Source: Okamejei kenojei (Eukaryota). From it: DNA of 64,000 nt. The stretch covers positions 28,396,001-28,460,000 of the forward strand of contig CM069131.1 in NCBI GenBank assembly GCA_035221665.1. The letters are read 5' to 3'. This document shows, piece after piece, positions 26,019 to 38,952 of this stretch; the first letter of the stretch is position 1; the number at the start of each line of letters is the position of its first letter. The translations under genes and the position numbers were made by a program. The notes beneath the pieces are model-generated. The model was not told the origin of the DNA and did not search any database. It saw only the letters and a program-made list of their open reading frames with translations.

Positions 26019-29013
26019 CTGCAACTCCAGCATTTTGTGTCTATCTTCGACAGAAACAGGCAAATCAGCATACCATGTCCCTGATATCCAGTACTCATCT
26101 ATATTAATGCCATTTACTAGTACTTTGTCTGTAACCTTCTATGCATTGGCTCATCCAGAAGCTTCTATAATGTTGTTTGAGAAACTTATCCACACCCACC
26201 CACCGTGGTAAAATGTGTTAAACATTTGTAACATCTTCTGTGTGACTAATCTTTGGTTTTCCTCAGCTTTGGACGGCTCTAACCGCTTATCTCTTACTTC
26301 ACAATCTCTTTTACTCTATCTTATCCCCTCCACAAGTCCCAAGGTCTTATAACTATAGATTCAATTCCATTTGCAAGAAGTGGTCTTTATTCTGCTTGCC
26401 GAGGTATTTTAACAGACCTTTTATACTATTAATAGGAACATATAGCGCTGATGGAAAGTTGAGGACGAATGTGCCTCAGGCAGCTTGGCGACAGAACTTA
26501 TAAAGTAAAAACAGTTGGCTTGGTCTTTCCTTAAAATTCATTCATACCATTTAAAGTTTTGTTTCCAGTAACTTTTCATTCAATGGAATTGCAGATCACA
26601 ACCAGTTCATCTTTTAAAAAAATGTTTCCTCATGCTTCACATTCTTTTCCCAGTGATCTGATCATGTATGATTTTGACTCATGGAAGCACAAGGAGGTCT
26701 TAAAGCCTCTTCATCCTTCCCCATTATTCAATGAGCATCCTGCACTCCAAGGAACAAAGTCCCAACCTCCTTACAGCTCAGGCCCCTCAGTCCCAGCAAC
26801 ATCCTCACTCATCTTCTCTGTACTCTCCATCCAGCCCAATGACATCCCTGTGACCAAGACTGAACACAGCACTCCAAATGTGGCCCCACAACGTCCTGTA
26901 CAACTAAATACCCTGAACGCCAAGGGCCAATGTAGAACAAGCCCCCTCCATCATCCTACCCACCTATGACACAACCTCCAGGGAACCATGCACCAGCACC
27001 CCTACATCCCTTACTCCATCACGGCCCCAGGGCCCACATACACCATGAAGGTCCCATCTCAACCCGACCTCCCAAAATCTCAAAACACCCCTCAGCCATC
27101 TGCACCAAACTCCATCAGCTATTCCTCAGCCCACTTACCTAGCTGACCAAGATTCCCACTGCAATCGTTGACAAACCATCTTCACTGTTCACAATACCAC
27201 CTATATTAGTATCATCTGCAAACTGCACGCTAAAACTGTCAATAGTTTATCAAACATATTTTCTTTTGCAATAAATTAGCTGCTGAAGGAACTCCCAGCA
27301 TCTGTGGGATGGAGGGGAGTAGTGATCGATGATTCTAACCAGTAGCGTCTAGGACCAGGGGTCATAGCCTCAGAATAAAATGACGTTTCTTTAGGAAGTA
27401 GATAAGGAGGAATTTCTTTTGTCAGAGGGTGGTGAATCTGTGAAATTCATTGCCACAGAAGGCTGTGGAGGCCAGGTCAATGGATATGTTTAAGGCAGAG
27501 ATAGACAGATTCTTGATTAATATGTATGACAGGGGTTATGGGGGCAAGGCAGGGAGAATGGGGTTGAGGGGGAGGAGATAGGTCAATTCTCATTAACCTC
27601 CTCTGGACCCTCTCCAACACCAGCACATCCTTCTTCAGATATGCGGCACAAAAACAGTTCACAATAATCCAAAGGCAGTCTGACCAGTGCTTTATAATGC
27701 CTCAGCATTGCATCCCTGTTTTTGTATTCTAATCCTCTCGAAATAAATGCTAACATTGCATTTGCCTTTCTTACAACTGATTCTCCAATTTCTCAATATA
27801 ACTAATGTATAAATCCAAGGATTACCATCTATCCTTGTGCACTATTCCAAACTTGCCCTGCCAGAGACTTTGTGTGATCCCTCCTTCAGCCCTGCCTCCT
27901 ACTGTAATGTCACTACTTCAGTTACAGTATGTTGCCCCTCTTCACATTTCGGTCCATGAGATTTCACTCTCCATGTGTCTGCTCACTTCACCAGCCTGTC
28001 TCTGATTCTTGTCCCTCCCACAGTTTACACTATTATATGTTTCCGTGTTGTAGTCTGACAAAACCAACCCTTCACCCAACTCTGTGCCTTGTCATCGCGT
28101 TAAATATACATACAAACTGATTGGCCGTGTGACAAGAGACACAATGCTGTTAATGATGCAGTGATAGTGCACTGAAAAGGCGCTTGTCCTATCATATCTC
28201 TGTCAGCTCTGTGAACGTCCATCTCTACATCCATCGTACAACCCTCAGCAACTCTTTTTGTTAAATTATCCAAGATCTCAATCAAGCAAAGGCCAGCATT
28301 TATTTCCACCTCTAACTACCCTGATCCACTGTTTGATGGAGATATTCCCAAGATAGTGGAGGGTCGGGGGTTCTAATATTTAGACCCCGTGATGATGAAT
28401 AAAGATTGAGTAATGTGGGATGCAATATAATTCAGCTGCAGCTTCTGAAGGCCCACAAAGACTTCCCCAAGACCCTCCTCAGTTCAGTTTTGTTTATTGT
28501 CACATGTACTGAGGTACAGTGAAAAGCTTTTGTTGTGTGCTATCCAGTCAGCAGGAAGACGAAACATGATTGCAAATGAGCCATTTAAAGTGTCTAGGTA
28601 CATGATAAGGGAATAATGTTTATTGCAAGGTGAAGCTGATCAAGGATAGTCCAAAGGTCACCAATGAGGTAGATAGTAGTTCAGCACTGCTCTCTGGTTG
28701 TGATAGGATGATTCAATTGCCTGATAACAGCTGGGAAGAAACAGTCCCTGAATCTGGAGGTGTGCGTTTCACACTTCCATACCTTTTGCCTGATCGAAGA
28801 GGGGAGAAGAGGGAGTGGCCAGGGTGCAACTCGTCCTTGATTATGCTGCTGGCCTTGCCAAGGCAGCATGAGGTAGAAATGGAGTCAATAGAGGGAAGGA
28901 TGGATTGTGTGATGGTCTGAGCTGGGCTCTGTCCACAATTTGCTGCAATTTCTTGCGGTCTTGGATGGAGCTGTTCCCAAACCAAGCTGTGATCCATCTG
29001 ATAGAATGTTTTC
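26013..29013 (+). repeat. Tandem unit copy C (partial, ends at an L1 insertion)
   Basis: Colinear with 16911-20490 apart from a scrambled/deleted stretch at ~26170-26410. Confidence 0.88.
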
Positions 29014-32000
29014 TTTTTTTTTTCTTTTTTTGTTTATTTTATCTTTATTTATTAGCGGTACTGTCAGTTACATCCGTGTACATCCCTTGTATTGTATTAC
29101 AGTCATTGTACCCCAATTTTAATTTTTTTTATTTTAAGGCTTTAGAAAAGAGAGAATAGAGCGAAAAATAGCAGCATAGAATGTAGAAAAGTGAAAAAGA
29201 GATGTGAAAGTGCAAAAGCGTGACAGAGGGAAAGGAACGGGAATTAAAAGATAGACCCTGGAGTGGAAAAAAAGAAAAAAGAAAAAGGGAAAAATAGAGA
29301 AAGAAAAACGAAAAGCCAGTTACTTTATTACTAACATCTCGCCAAAGGAATCTACCAACTCGGCAGTTTTTCTTCCCCCTTTACCAAGACCCGTCACCGG
29401 TACTTTTTTGAGGTATTCTTGCACCTTATCCTTGTAATAGATTTATAAATGCAGACCACGTCTTATAAAAACAGTCTGATTTTCCTGCTAGTCGGAGTCT
29501 CATATCTTCCAAGTGTAGTGTTTCGAACATAGTTGAGATCCACATATTGACTGTTGGTACCGGAGAATTTTTCCAGAAATTTAAGATTAGCTTTTTTCCA
29601 GTTAATATGCCATATTCAAGTAGAGTCTTTGAAACACGTTTAATTCGGGGCAATCTTCCGATATCCTGAAGATTATCCAGTCTGCTTCCGGGGTCAGTTT
29701 TATTTTAAATATTTTTGTGAAAATTTCAAAAATTTCAGTCCAAAATGTTTGAATTTTTGTACAAAAGACAAATGAGTGTGCTATATTAGCTTCTTGACAT
29801 TGACATTTATCATATATAGGCGAGACGTTGGGAAAAAGTTTACTTAGTTTAGTTTTTGAATAGTATAATCTGTGTAGGATTTTAAATTGTATTAAGGTGT
29901 GTCTTACATTAATTGAACATTTATGCACGTTTAATAAATATTCTTCCCACCTTTCTTTGGGAATTTTTATACTTAATTATTTTTCCCAGTCTCTCCTGAT
30001 ACCATCTGTTGTTGGTATTTCTGCATTTAGAATAATATTATATATATATGATATTAGGTTTGCTGATTCTGCCTTTGTATTCATTACTTCTTCCATTAAC
30101 TCTGGAGGCATATTGTGATAATCTTGTACGTATTTTTCAGATAGTCACAGATTTGGAAATATTTAAAATACTATTTGTTTCCCAAATTGTATTTTAGTTG
30201 TATTTGTTTAAATGATAATAGTTTTCCTAATTCATACACAACTCCGAAGATTTTTATTCCAGCTCTTTCCCATTGTACAAATGCTTTATCTATAGTTGAA
30301 GGTTTAAATGAGGGGTTTTTACCGATAGGAGATAAGAGAGAGAAATTTCTTAATTTTAGATTGTGTTTTATTTGTTTCCAAATTCTGATTGTACTGTATA
30401 TAATTGGATTATTGTTGTAATTTATATTATTCATCGATATTGGAGAGAGAAGGATTGCTCCAATATTATAAGGAGAGCAATCCTCTCTCTCCATAATCGT
30501 CCAATCCGATTGTTGGGGAGAGTTATCCAGCAATTGGATCATGTTTCTGATATTTACAGACCAGTAGTAATACATAAGGTTGGGGAGTGCTAATCCCCCT
30601 ACTACTTTGGGTTTTTTCAGATGAACTCTTTGTATTCTGTGGGATTTATAATCCCAAATAAAATTTGTGATACCTGAGTCCAGTTTTTAAAAAACCTTTT
30701 GGGTAAATATATTGGGATAGATTGGAACAGGTATAAAAATTGTGGTAGAAAAATCATTTTTATGCCATTTATTCGGCCTATTAAGGTCATCGGAAGCATT
30801 TTCCAAAATTTAATCAAGTTACATAGTTTCTTAAGTAGAGGGTTATAATTTTCATCAAACATATCTTGATATCTTCTAGTAATTTCGATGCAAGTATTTA
30901 ATTTTTTCCTTAGCTATTTTGAAAGAAAACTGTAAAAGATGCGTAGAGTCTTTCGGTTTTATTGACATGATTTCATTTTTATTCCAATTTATTATATATC
31001 CTGAAAATGATCCGAAGTCTATTAATTTTAAAATATTTGGTATAGTAATATGAGGTTTTGTGATGTACAATAGTACGTCATCAGCGTATAGTGATATTTT
31101 ATTATTGGAATATTTTGTTTTATATCCATGGATATTCGGATGAGTTCTTAATTTTTCCGCTAGGGGTTCAATTGTGAGGGCAAATAACAACGGTGATAAT
31201 GAACATCCTTGTCTGTTTCCCCTTGACAAATGAAATTTCGTAGATAAATTATTGTTCGTTAATATTCTGCCCGTTGGCTTATTATATAGTAATTTAATCC
31301 ATAGAATAAAATACTCTCCCGGTTGAAATTCTTGCAATACCCTGAGCATATAATCCCATTCGACCTGATCGAATGCTTTCTCTGCATCCAACGATATGAT
31401 TGATAGTTTTTGATCTTCAGTTTGGTGTGAATGCATTATATTGAACAGACTTCTCAAATTATTAAATGATTGTCTCTTAGGGATAAACCCCATTTGATCC
31501 GGATGTATTAATTTACTAGCATATTTACTTAGTCTTCTAGCTAGTATTTTCGCTAATATTTTTTGATCTGTATTTAGCAATGCAATAGCTCTGTGTGATC
31601 CAGGTTCTTTCACATTTTTATCTTTCTTAGGTATTAGTGTGATCGTGGATTCTGCTAATGTTTCAGGTAGCATTTGTGCTTTGAAGGCAACAGTATACAT
31701 TTTCTGTAGGCAGGGGGTAAATATGTCATAAAAACTTTTATAGAATTCGTTACTAAATCTGTCGGGACCTGGTGTTTTTCCATTTTTTAATGAGATTATT
31801 GTTTCTTCTATTTCCTTATTTGAGATTTGTGCTCCCAATTCCTCTTGTTCCTGCAACTCTAATTCAGGAAGGTTACAATTATCCAAGAATTCTGTAACTT
31901 TGGTGGTGTTCATTATCGTTTTAGATGTATACAGATTCTCGTAAAATTGTTCAAATCTTTTATTAATATCACTCGGCAAGGTCAATGTTTCCCCTTTGTC

Positions 32001-32645
32001 TGATTTAATCTATAAAATTGTGTGATCCTTTTCTCGTTTTTTTAACTGACGTGCCAAACGTTTATGGGGCTTATCCCCAAATTCAAAGTGTTCCTGACTT
32101 GTAATTTGTAATAATCTTATGATTTTCTCTGATAATAATTTATTTAATTTGAATTTCAGTATTATTATTCTATTATTTTCATCCGTAGTGGGGTCTAGTT
32201 GTCTTTGTTCATTCTTATTTTTCTTATTTTGAAAAGCTTGATATGAAATTATCATGCCTCGAATAAATGCTTTAAAAGATTCCCATAATAATGTAGGTGA
32301 TATGTCTGTCGTGTCGTTTATTTAGAAGAAAAGGTGAATTTGCTCTTTTAAATATGTACTCCCTTGCGGGTCTTTTAAAGTTTGTGGGTTGTACCTCCAA
32401 AACGGTTTGTTCTTAGTCATTTCTTCCATTTTTATACAAAAAAATATTGGGGAGTGATCTGAGATCGTATTTGTGTGGTATTTTTGTTTAGAAGTGTGGG
32501 GTATTAGTTTTGTATCCACCAAAAAATAATCTATTTGTGAATATGTCTTGTGTACCATAGAATAGAACGAGTAATCCCTGCCGGTCGGATTTGCAATCCT
32601 CCAGACATCTGTTATGTTTGTGATTTTTATGTATGTGTTTAGAAG
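29014..32645 (-). mobile_element. L1 LINE (third subfamily), 5'-truncated within the endonuclease, multiple frameshifts
   Basis: SQIDY/SDHSP, KTPGPD, LDAEKAFD, RQGCSLSPLLF, YADD, IQFKILHRLYY; T-rich tail at 29014. Confidence 0.95.
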
Positions 32646-32649
32646 TTTT

Positions 32650-33194
32650 CATGAATTTATAGGCCAAATGGAAGGAATTTAGTGTTTAATTCCCGACAAT
32701 TAATGGCCATTTAAATCAACTTGCGAGTGGGTTTTAGTGGAATGCGGTGCATTGGAACGTTGCAGTTTGCGGTGAATTTAACCCACAGTCAGCAGGGAAA
32801 ACACTGCCGGTTCGATTATTGTTTTGCCCCCTTTTCGCAACATGAAAATTTGATTAAAGGCTTCCTATGAAGCACGTTTTTATGTTAAAAAAAAAACTGT
32901 GTACTTTATTTTCTCCCCTACGTAAAATCCTTCCCGTTGTCGGCGCTCACAGCATTAGAAGATAATTTTTTAATTACTCCAGCTAATAAATGATCTAGCG
33001 TAGTTTAAAAAGACCTTCATAAAACAAATGTCGGAGAAATTTCTCTTCAACAAAATCCACTGAGATGGATCGATTTGCCCTGTCTGGAGAAAAACGGCAC
33101 TTTAAACCCGCCCCCCTCTAAAAGGCGCCAAAGTCGCGCACACGCGGAGTGGCAGAACTGCAGCGTCGCTCAAGGTATGTTTTGTAACATACCT
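32650..33194. repeat. Unclassified CpG-retaining repeat ending in a 9-bp-stem hairpin
   Basis: Composition shift between the L1 and unit sequence; AGGTATGTT-TTGT-AACATACCT at 33173-33194. Confidence 0.4.
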
Positions 33195-34849
33195 ACATCT
33201 GCCCTTGTGCACCATTCCAAACTTGCCCTGCCAGAGACTTGTGTGTTCCCTCCTTCAGCCCTGCCTCCTACTGTAATGTCACTACAACACAGTATGTTGC
33301 CGCTCTTCATACTCAAATATTTATCTTCACATTTTGGTCCATGAGATTTCACTCTCCATGTGTCTGCTCACTTCACCAGCCTGTGTCTGATTCTTGTCCC
33401 TCCCACAGTTTACACTATTATATGTTTCCATGTAGTCTTTAAAACCAACCCTTCACCCAACTCTGTGCCTTGTCATCGCGTTAAATTCACATACAAACTG
33501 ATTGTCCGTGTCGCCAGAGACACAATGCTGTTAATAATGATGCAGTGATAGTGTACTGAAAAGGCCGCTTGTCCTATCGTGTCTCTGTCAGCTCTGTGAA
33601 CGTCCATCTATACATCAATCATACGACCCTCAGCAACTCTTTTCTAAATTATCCAAGATCTCAATCAAGCAAAGGCCAACATTTATTCCCACCTCTAACT
33701 ATCCTTGACCCACCGTGTGATGAGATACTCCCAAGATAGTGTAGTAGGGACCACGGAGCGTTTTTGAAAGTGGGGGGCTGAATGATCACAGATCACTGGC
33801 CTTGGGGGTACCCGGCGAGGGAGTGGAGCGACCGAATGGGGGGAGGGTGTGGGAGGGGTTTCACACTGTATCACTCTATGACTACATTATACCTCCACCA
33901 TGCATGAATGCTTCAAAATCAAATGGTCGAGTTTTATTGCCATATACTCAAGCATAGAAACATAGCAAATAGGTGCAGGAACAGGCCATTCAGCCCGAGG
34001 GAGTGGCCAGGGTGCAACTCGTCCTTGATTATGCTGCTGGCTTTGCCAAGGCAGCGCGAGGTATGAATGGAGTCAATAGAAGGAAGGATGGATTGTGTGA
34101 TGGTGTGAGCTGGGCTCTGTCCACAATTGGCTGCAATTTATTGCGGTCTTGGATGGAGCTGTTCCCAAACCAAGCTGTGATCCATCTGATAAAATGCTTT
34201 CTTGTCATCACAATTCCCTTTAAGTATTACTGAATGTTTTTAAAATGTGAGAATTCTGCTCAATATAATGTCCCTGCCCTCGTTCACCAATGATAGAGTA
34301 CAGATTGTGGTGGTGACCCCATGAGTTAGCACTCAAACGGTTTTTGATTTCACAACACAATTAGAACAGGTTGTTGCACAATATTTCACAACCTATGTTC
34401 ATGGGCCATTGCTTCTCATGAGTTTATCACCATCTTTTATATGTTTATTTGATTTCCATTGTCAGATCTTGCATCAAAGCAGACTGTACATTGAATATTA
34501 TTGTCCTCTCAGGAATTTGAAGTCTTTCAGTAATTATCAGCACTTGGCGCTTCTATCTGGAAAAACCCCAAAATATTTCTGAGTTGATCCTATATTAATC
34601 CACATAATTACGTGGAGAAAGAGCATGAAATTAGCTGTAATCCTGTCCCCATTTACTTTGCATACATTAGGCTGGTTGGTTACTCTTAGATCCACACAGT
34701 TTGCTTCACTGGAGCAATATCTTAATCTGTTCATCTATCAATGTTTATATCTGCGTGCAATTAGTGCTCCACTTAATAAGTTCTTAATTGGTGATCACAG
34801 ACCAGACCATCACACAATCCAACATCTACTCCATTGGCCCTTTCTAAAT

Positions 34850-35252
34850 TTCATGCTGCCTTAGCAAAGCCACCAGCATAATTAAGGACGAGTCTCATTC
34901 CAGACATTCCCTCTTCTCCCATCAGGGAAAGGGTACAGAAGTGTGAAAATGCATACATCTATATTCAGGGACAGTTTCTTCCCAACTGTTATCAGCCAAT
35001 TGAACATTCCAATCACCAACTGGAGAGCTGCCCTGACCTACCATCTACCTCATCGGAGAAACACAGACTACCTTTAGTCGGACTTTACCGGACTTTATCT
35101 TGCATTAAATGTTATTCCCTTCATCCTGTATTTATACACTGTGCACAGCTCGATTGTAATCAGGTATTGTCTTTCCACAGACTGGATAGCATGCAACAAA
35201 AAAGCTTTTCACTGTACCTCAGTACACATGGCAATAAACTAGACTAAACTAA
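34850..35252 (+). mobile_element. Rex-Babar LINE 3' end
   Basis: CLSKATSIIKDESH..FRDSFFP-type sequence, AATAAA and an ACTAA tail. Confidence 0.75.
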
Positions 35253-35261
35253 ATATTAATG

Positions 35262-35582
35262 TGCGGCATGGTGGCACAGCAGTAGAGCTGCTGCCTTACA
35301 CCTAATGCAGTGTTGGAGACCTGGGTTTGAGCTACGGGTGCTATCTGTATGGAGTTTGTATGTTCTCCCCATGACCATGTGGGCTTTCTCCAAGATCTTC
35401 AGTTTATTCCCACACTCCAAAGATGTACAGGTTTGTAGGTTAATTGGCTTGGTATAAATGTAAATTATCCCTAGATAATATCTGTAGGATAGCATTAATG
35501 CGCAGCGATCGCTGGTTGGTGTGGACTCGGTGAGCCGAAGAGCCTGTTTCCACGCTGTATCTCTAAACTAAACTAAACTAAA
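35262..35582 (+). mobile_element. Full-length tRNA-derived V-SINE (HE1-like)
   Basis: A-box TGGCACAGCAGTAG, B-box-like GGTTTGAG, V domain, (AAACT)n tail. Confidence 0.85.
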
Positions 35583-36903
35583 GTAAAGAGTATTTAAAGT
35601 GGCTTTTGAATAGGCACATGGATATACAGGAAGTGGTGGATGCAGATTATGTACAGGCACCATCCTAAATTCCAAAGGATACCCATGAATCGAGTGGTAC
35701 ATAAAGGCTGGCACTGCCAATGACACTCACGCAACATGTTTCAACAGGACAAATGTCTGACAGGAAGTACACAGGACTACATTTTATGAAAGCATCTTCT
35801 CAATGTGCATCCACAGACTGTGTTTGATGCTTGAGCAAGCAATCAATATCCGGATCAGTCTGCAACGCTGACACGTAGATCCCACCAATGGATCTCAACA
35901 GTGGAACCAAAACAGCACACACATCTCAGCCCAAATAGAAAATACATCAGATTTTCCCCATCAATCCTACTTAGAGGGATCACACAATCCATAGTAATGT
36001 ATATGATTGTTTATTTTAAGAACTGTTTTAGTTGCACTAAGGACTTGAGTGTTTTTTATTTTGCACTAGAATTGTAATTATAAACGTATTCATTATATAT
36101 TATCAATGTGTGTTGTGTTTAAGGTCTGTTATGCTGCTGCAAGTATTTCATTGTTCCATCACTGGTACTGTAGGATCACTGAATTCCCAATGATTTGCTG
36201 AGTCCAGTGGAAGCGTTTAAAACTTTTTATTCAGGCACAATCAACATACGGCATCAGAGCAAAGCATTGAAATAACTTAACTAAAAATTGAACATATCAT
36301 AACAAACGGAACAAACAACTATGGAATTAGTACTGAAAAACTGAAGACTGAACATGACTTTTATGGACACACTGATGTATCAAGTGTGTCCATCTTAGGA
36401 TGTATCAAGCACCTCGCATCATTAAAGGATCATTGTTCACAGTTCTGTCCAGACTCCTGTCAGTTGTAACTTTAATCTCACAAACTGTTCCTGGACACTG
36501 CATTGAGCCAACCTGCTCGCATATTACTAAATGCAGTAGACGAGGTTTGAGGAGACGCATATGGACCTCTCTCTTAACTGTAAGGGCTGTTGTGATTCCT
36601 GGAGGGAAGTGAGAGGGAAGATGTAGGGACGCGTGTTATGTGATCCTGTTATTTAAGGAACAATAGATAATTATTAGAGACAGTTCACAGAATGTTCACT
36701 NNNNNNNNNNNNNNNNNNNNNNNNNNNNNNNNNNNNNNNNNNNNNNNNNNNNNNNNNNNNNNNNNNNNNNNNNNNNNNNNNNNNNNNNNNNNNNNNNNNN
36801 NNNNNNNNNNNNNNNNNNNNNNNNNNNNNNNNNNNNNNNNNNNNNNNNNNNNNNNNNNNNNNNNNNNNNNNNNNNNNNNNNNNNNNNNNNNNNNNNNNNN
36901 NNN

Positions 36904-38457
36904 AATTAAAATTGTTGACCAATCTGAGCTTTTTTAAAAATCTAACCACTGCCCAGCTGCTGAAGGTTCAATAACAGTGACATTTTTACATCTTCTGGTA
37001 GAAGTTTTCCTTAAGATTTCAAAAATCCAATCCTCTATAAAATTATTTCTCGAGATATTTACTAAAATTTATAACCAAACTGACATTTAAAAAAATTATT
37101 AAGGTTGCCCAGCTGCTGACCTCACAATGCCTTTCCTCATGGCCCCACTCCCTCCCCCCTCCCGCCGTCGCTCTGGATTAATGCAGCTGCAGTCAACGCG
37201 CATGCGCAGTTTTCCACGAGGTACGTTAGCCCACCCACCCCCCCCCCATTCTTTAAATGGTGCAGAAAGATCGAGAAAGTTCTGCAGAAAAGATCCTACT
37301 GCTCAGCTCCGCTATAGGTTCTTTGTTCTGCAGATTGCGAGCTCAGAGGCAAAGATCCTATAGCAAGCTCCGCTATAGGATCTTTGGTCAGAGGTGTCCT
37401 CGTGCTGAACAAGTTTTCTCGCTGCCTTTGCAGCTTGTGAAGCCATGCCCCTCACATCACCCGCCCACCCGCTCACTCAGCTGCCGGTTTCCAGAGAGTC
37501 AAACTGGTGCTGTCTCTCTCTGCTGTTCGCAGCCCACTCACTCACCCGGCTCCCCCCCCCCCCTCTTCTCACCTCCTCCTCTCTCCTCTCTCTCTCACCT
37601 CTCCTCTCTACCTGACCTCCTGTCCGTGTCTGTGCCCGACCCTCTGTAACACTGGCGGAAGCTTTTGGCAGTCCTCAGCAAAGAGCCTATATGTCGCTAT
37701 AGTATCTTTGGTCCTCAGATTGCTCCGNNNNNNNNNNNNNNNNNNNNNNNNNNNNNNNNNNNNNNNNNNNNNNNNNNNNNNNNNNNNNNNNNNNNNNNNN
37801 NNNNNNNNNNNNNNNNNNNNNNNNNNNNNNNNNNNNNNNNNNNNNNNNNNNNNNNNNNNNNNNNNNCCCCCTCTCTCTCCCCTCGCTCTCTCTCTCACCC
37901 TCTCTCTCCTCCTCCCTCTCTCTCCCCTCCCCTCTCGCCCCCTTCCTCTCTCCCACCCCCCCTGCCCTCCCTTCCCTAAACCCCCTTCTCCCCACCACCC
38001 CTCTCCAACCCTCTTCCCCCACCCTCTCAGCCCCCCTCTCTCCCTCTCTCTCCCCATCTCTCACCTCCCCTCTCTCCTCCCATCTCTCTCTTCCCTCCTC
38101 CGCCATCCTCCCTCTCCTCATCCTCTCTACCCCCCTCTCCCTCTGTATCTTGCCTTTCTGTCTCTGCCCCTCTCTATCTGTCTCTCCCCATTCTCTCTCC
38201 CCTCACTTTCTACCCCCCACCCACTCGAGATGCGCCTGCAAGTCGGGGGCTATGTGTCAGTGGATAGGGCAGTTATGGGGTAAAAGGAGCAAATTAATAA
38301 TATTATTATAATCTCAAGGGGGTTAGTTAGCGTGTGTGCATGGGGGTAGTTAGTTATGTGTGGGGGTGGTTAGTGCGTGTGACGCCGCATGCTCCCCCCC
38401 CCCCCCCCGTAACCGTGCGTTGGAGGAACAGACCCAACGGGTCTGCACTTGGTCTAG
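36904..38457 (+). mobile_element. Probable non-autonomous Helitron-type element with internal CT-rich low-complexity tract; 5' end uncertain (gaps)
   Basis: 3' hairpin CAGACCC-AAC-GGGTCTG (38429-38445), then CTAG|T (38454-38458); internal repeats GCTCCGCTATAGG. Confidence 0.55.
37867..38222. repeat. Polypyrimidine (CT/CCT) low-complexity tract
   Basis: Almost exclusively C/T on the + strand. Confidence 0.9.
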
Positions 38458-38870
38458 TTGTAACTTAAAAAATAAGAGGTGATCACACTGAAACATAGAA
38501 AAGCTGAGGGGGTTTGGCAGCCATGTGTTGGAAGGATGATCCTGCGTGTAGTAAAGTCTGGAACCAAAACACATCAACGCAGATTAAGGTGGAGGAGTCA
38601 TTTATGAATGAGACAAGGAAGAATATCTTCTCTCAAAAATCGGTGACTTATCTGAATTCCTTATCCCAGGAAAGGCTGAATCTTCCTCGGTCTTAGAAGC
38701 TGCATCTCAGCTTCTTTTTTTTTTTAAATGTCTATTTTGATATGATCTACAAATTGCAACATATCTGCGTATTATCAATTTGACTTCCTTGATGCCATCA
38801 GTGTTTTCTGTTGCACCAGTGACTGGCCTTTGCAAATTCATTATATTGAGCAACCCCTAGTTATTCGGAA

Positions 38871-38878
38871 TATAAATA
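38871..38878 (+). promoter_or_regulatory. TATA box of CXC chemokine gene 1
   Basis: TATAAATA 82 nt upstream of the ATG. Confidence 0.6.
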
Positions 38879-38952
38879 CAGAGGAAATAGAAGGCACAAA
38901 GATAAAACAACTGAATCAGAAAGGCAAGGCTCTGGAAGACTGGAATCTGACA

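Larger units (their letters stand above)
33196..35655 (+). repeat. More diverged partial paralog of the unit (copy D)
   Basis: Matches 27826-29013, 11148-11686 and 42950-45085; lacks the L1/DIRS insertion. Confidence 0.85.

Noticed and set aside
26170-26410. Apparent complex micro-rearrangement and ~600-nt deletion in unit C
   Set aside because: Many tiny insertions here and homopolymer indels throughout copy C look like low-coverage consensus error
37507-38283. 258-aa Pro/Leu/Ser ORF and antisense Arg/Gly/Glu ORFs
   Set aside because: Translation of a CT low-complexity tract plus Ns
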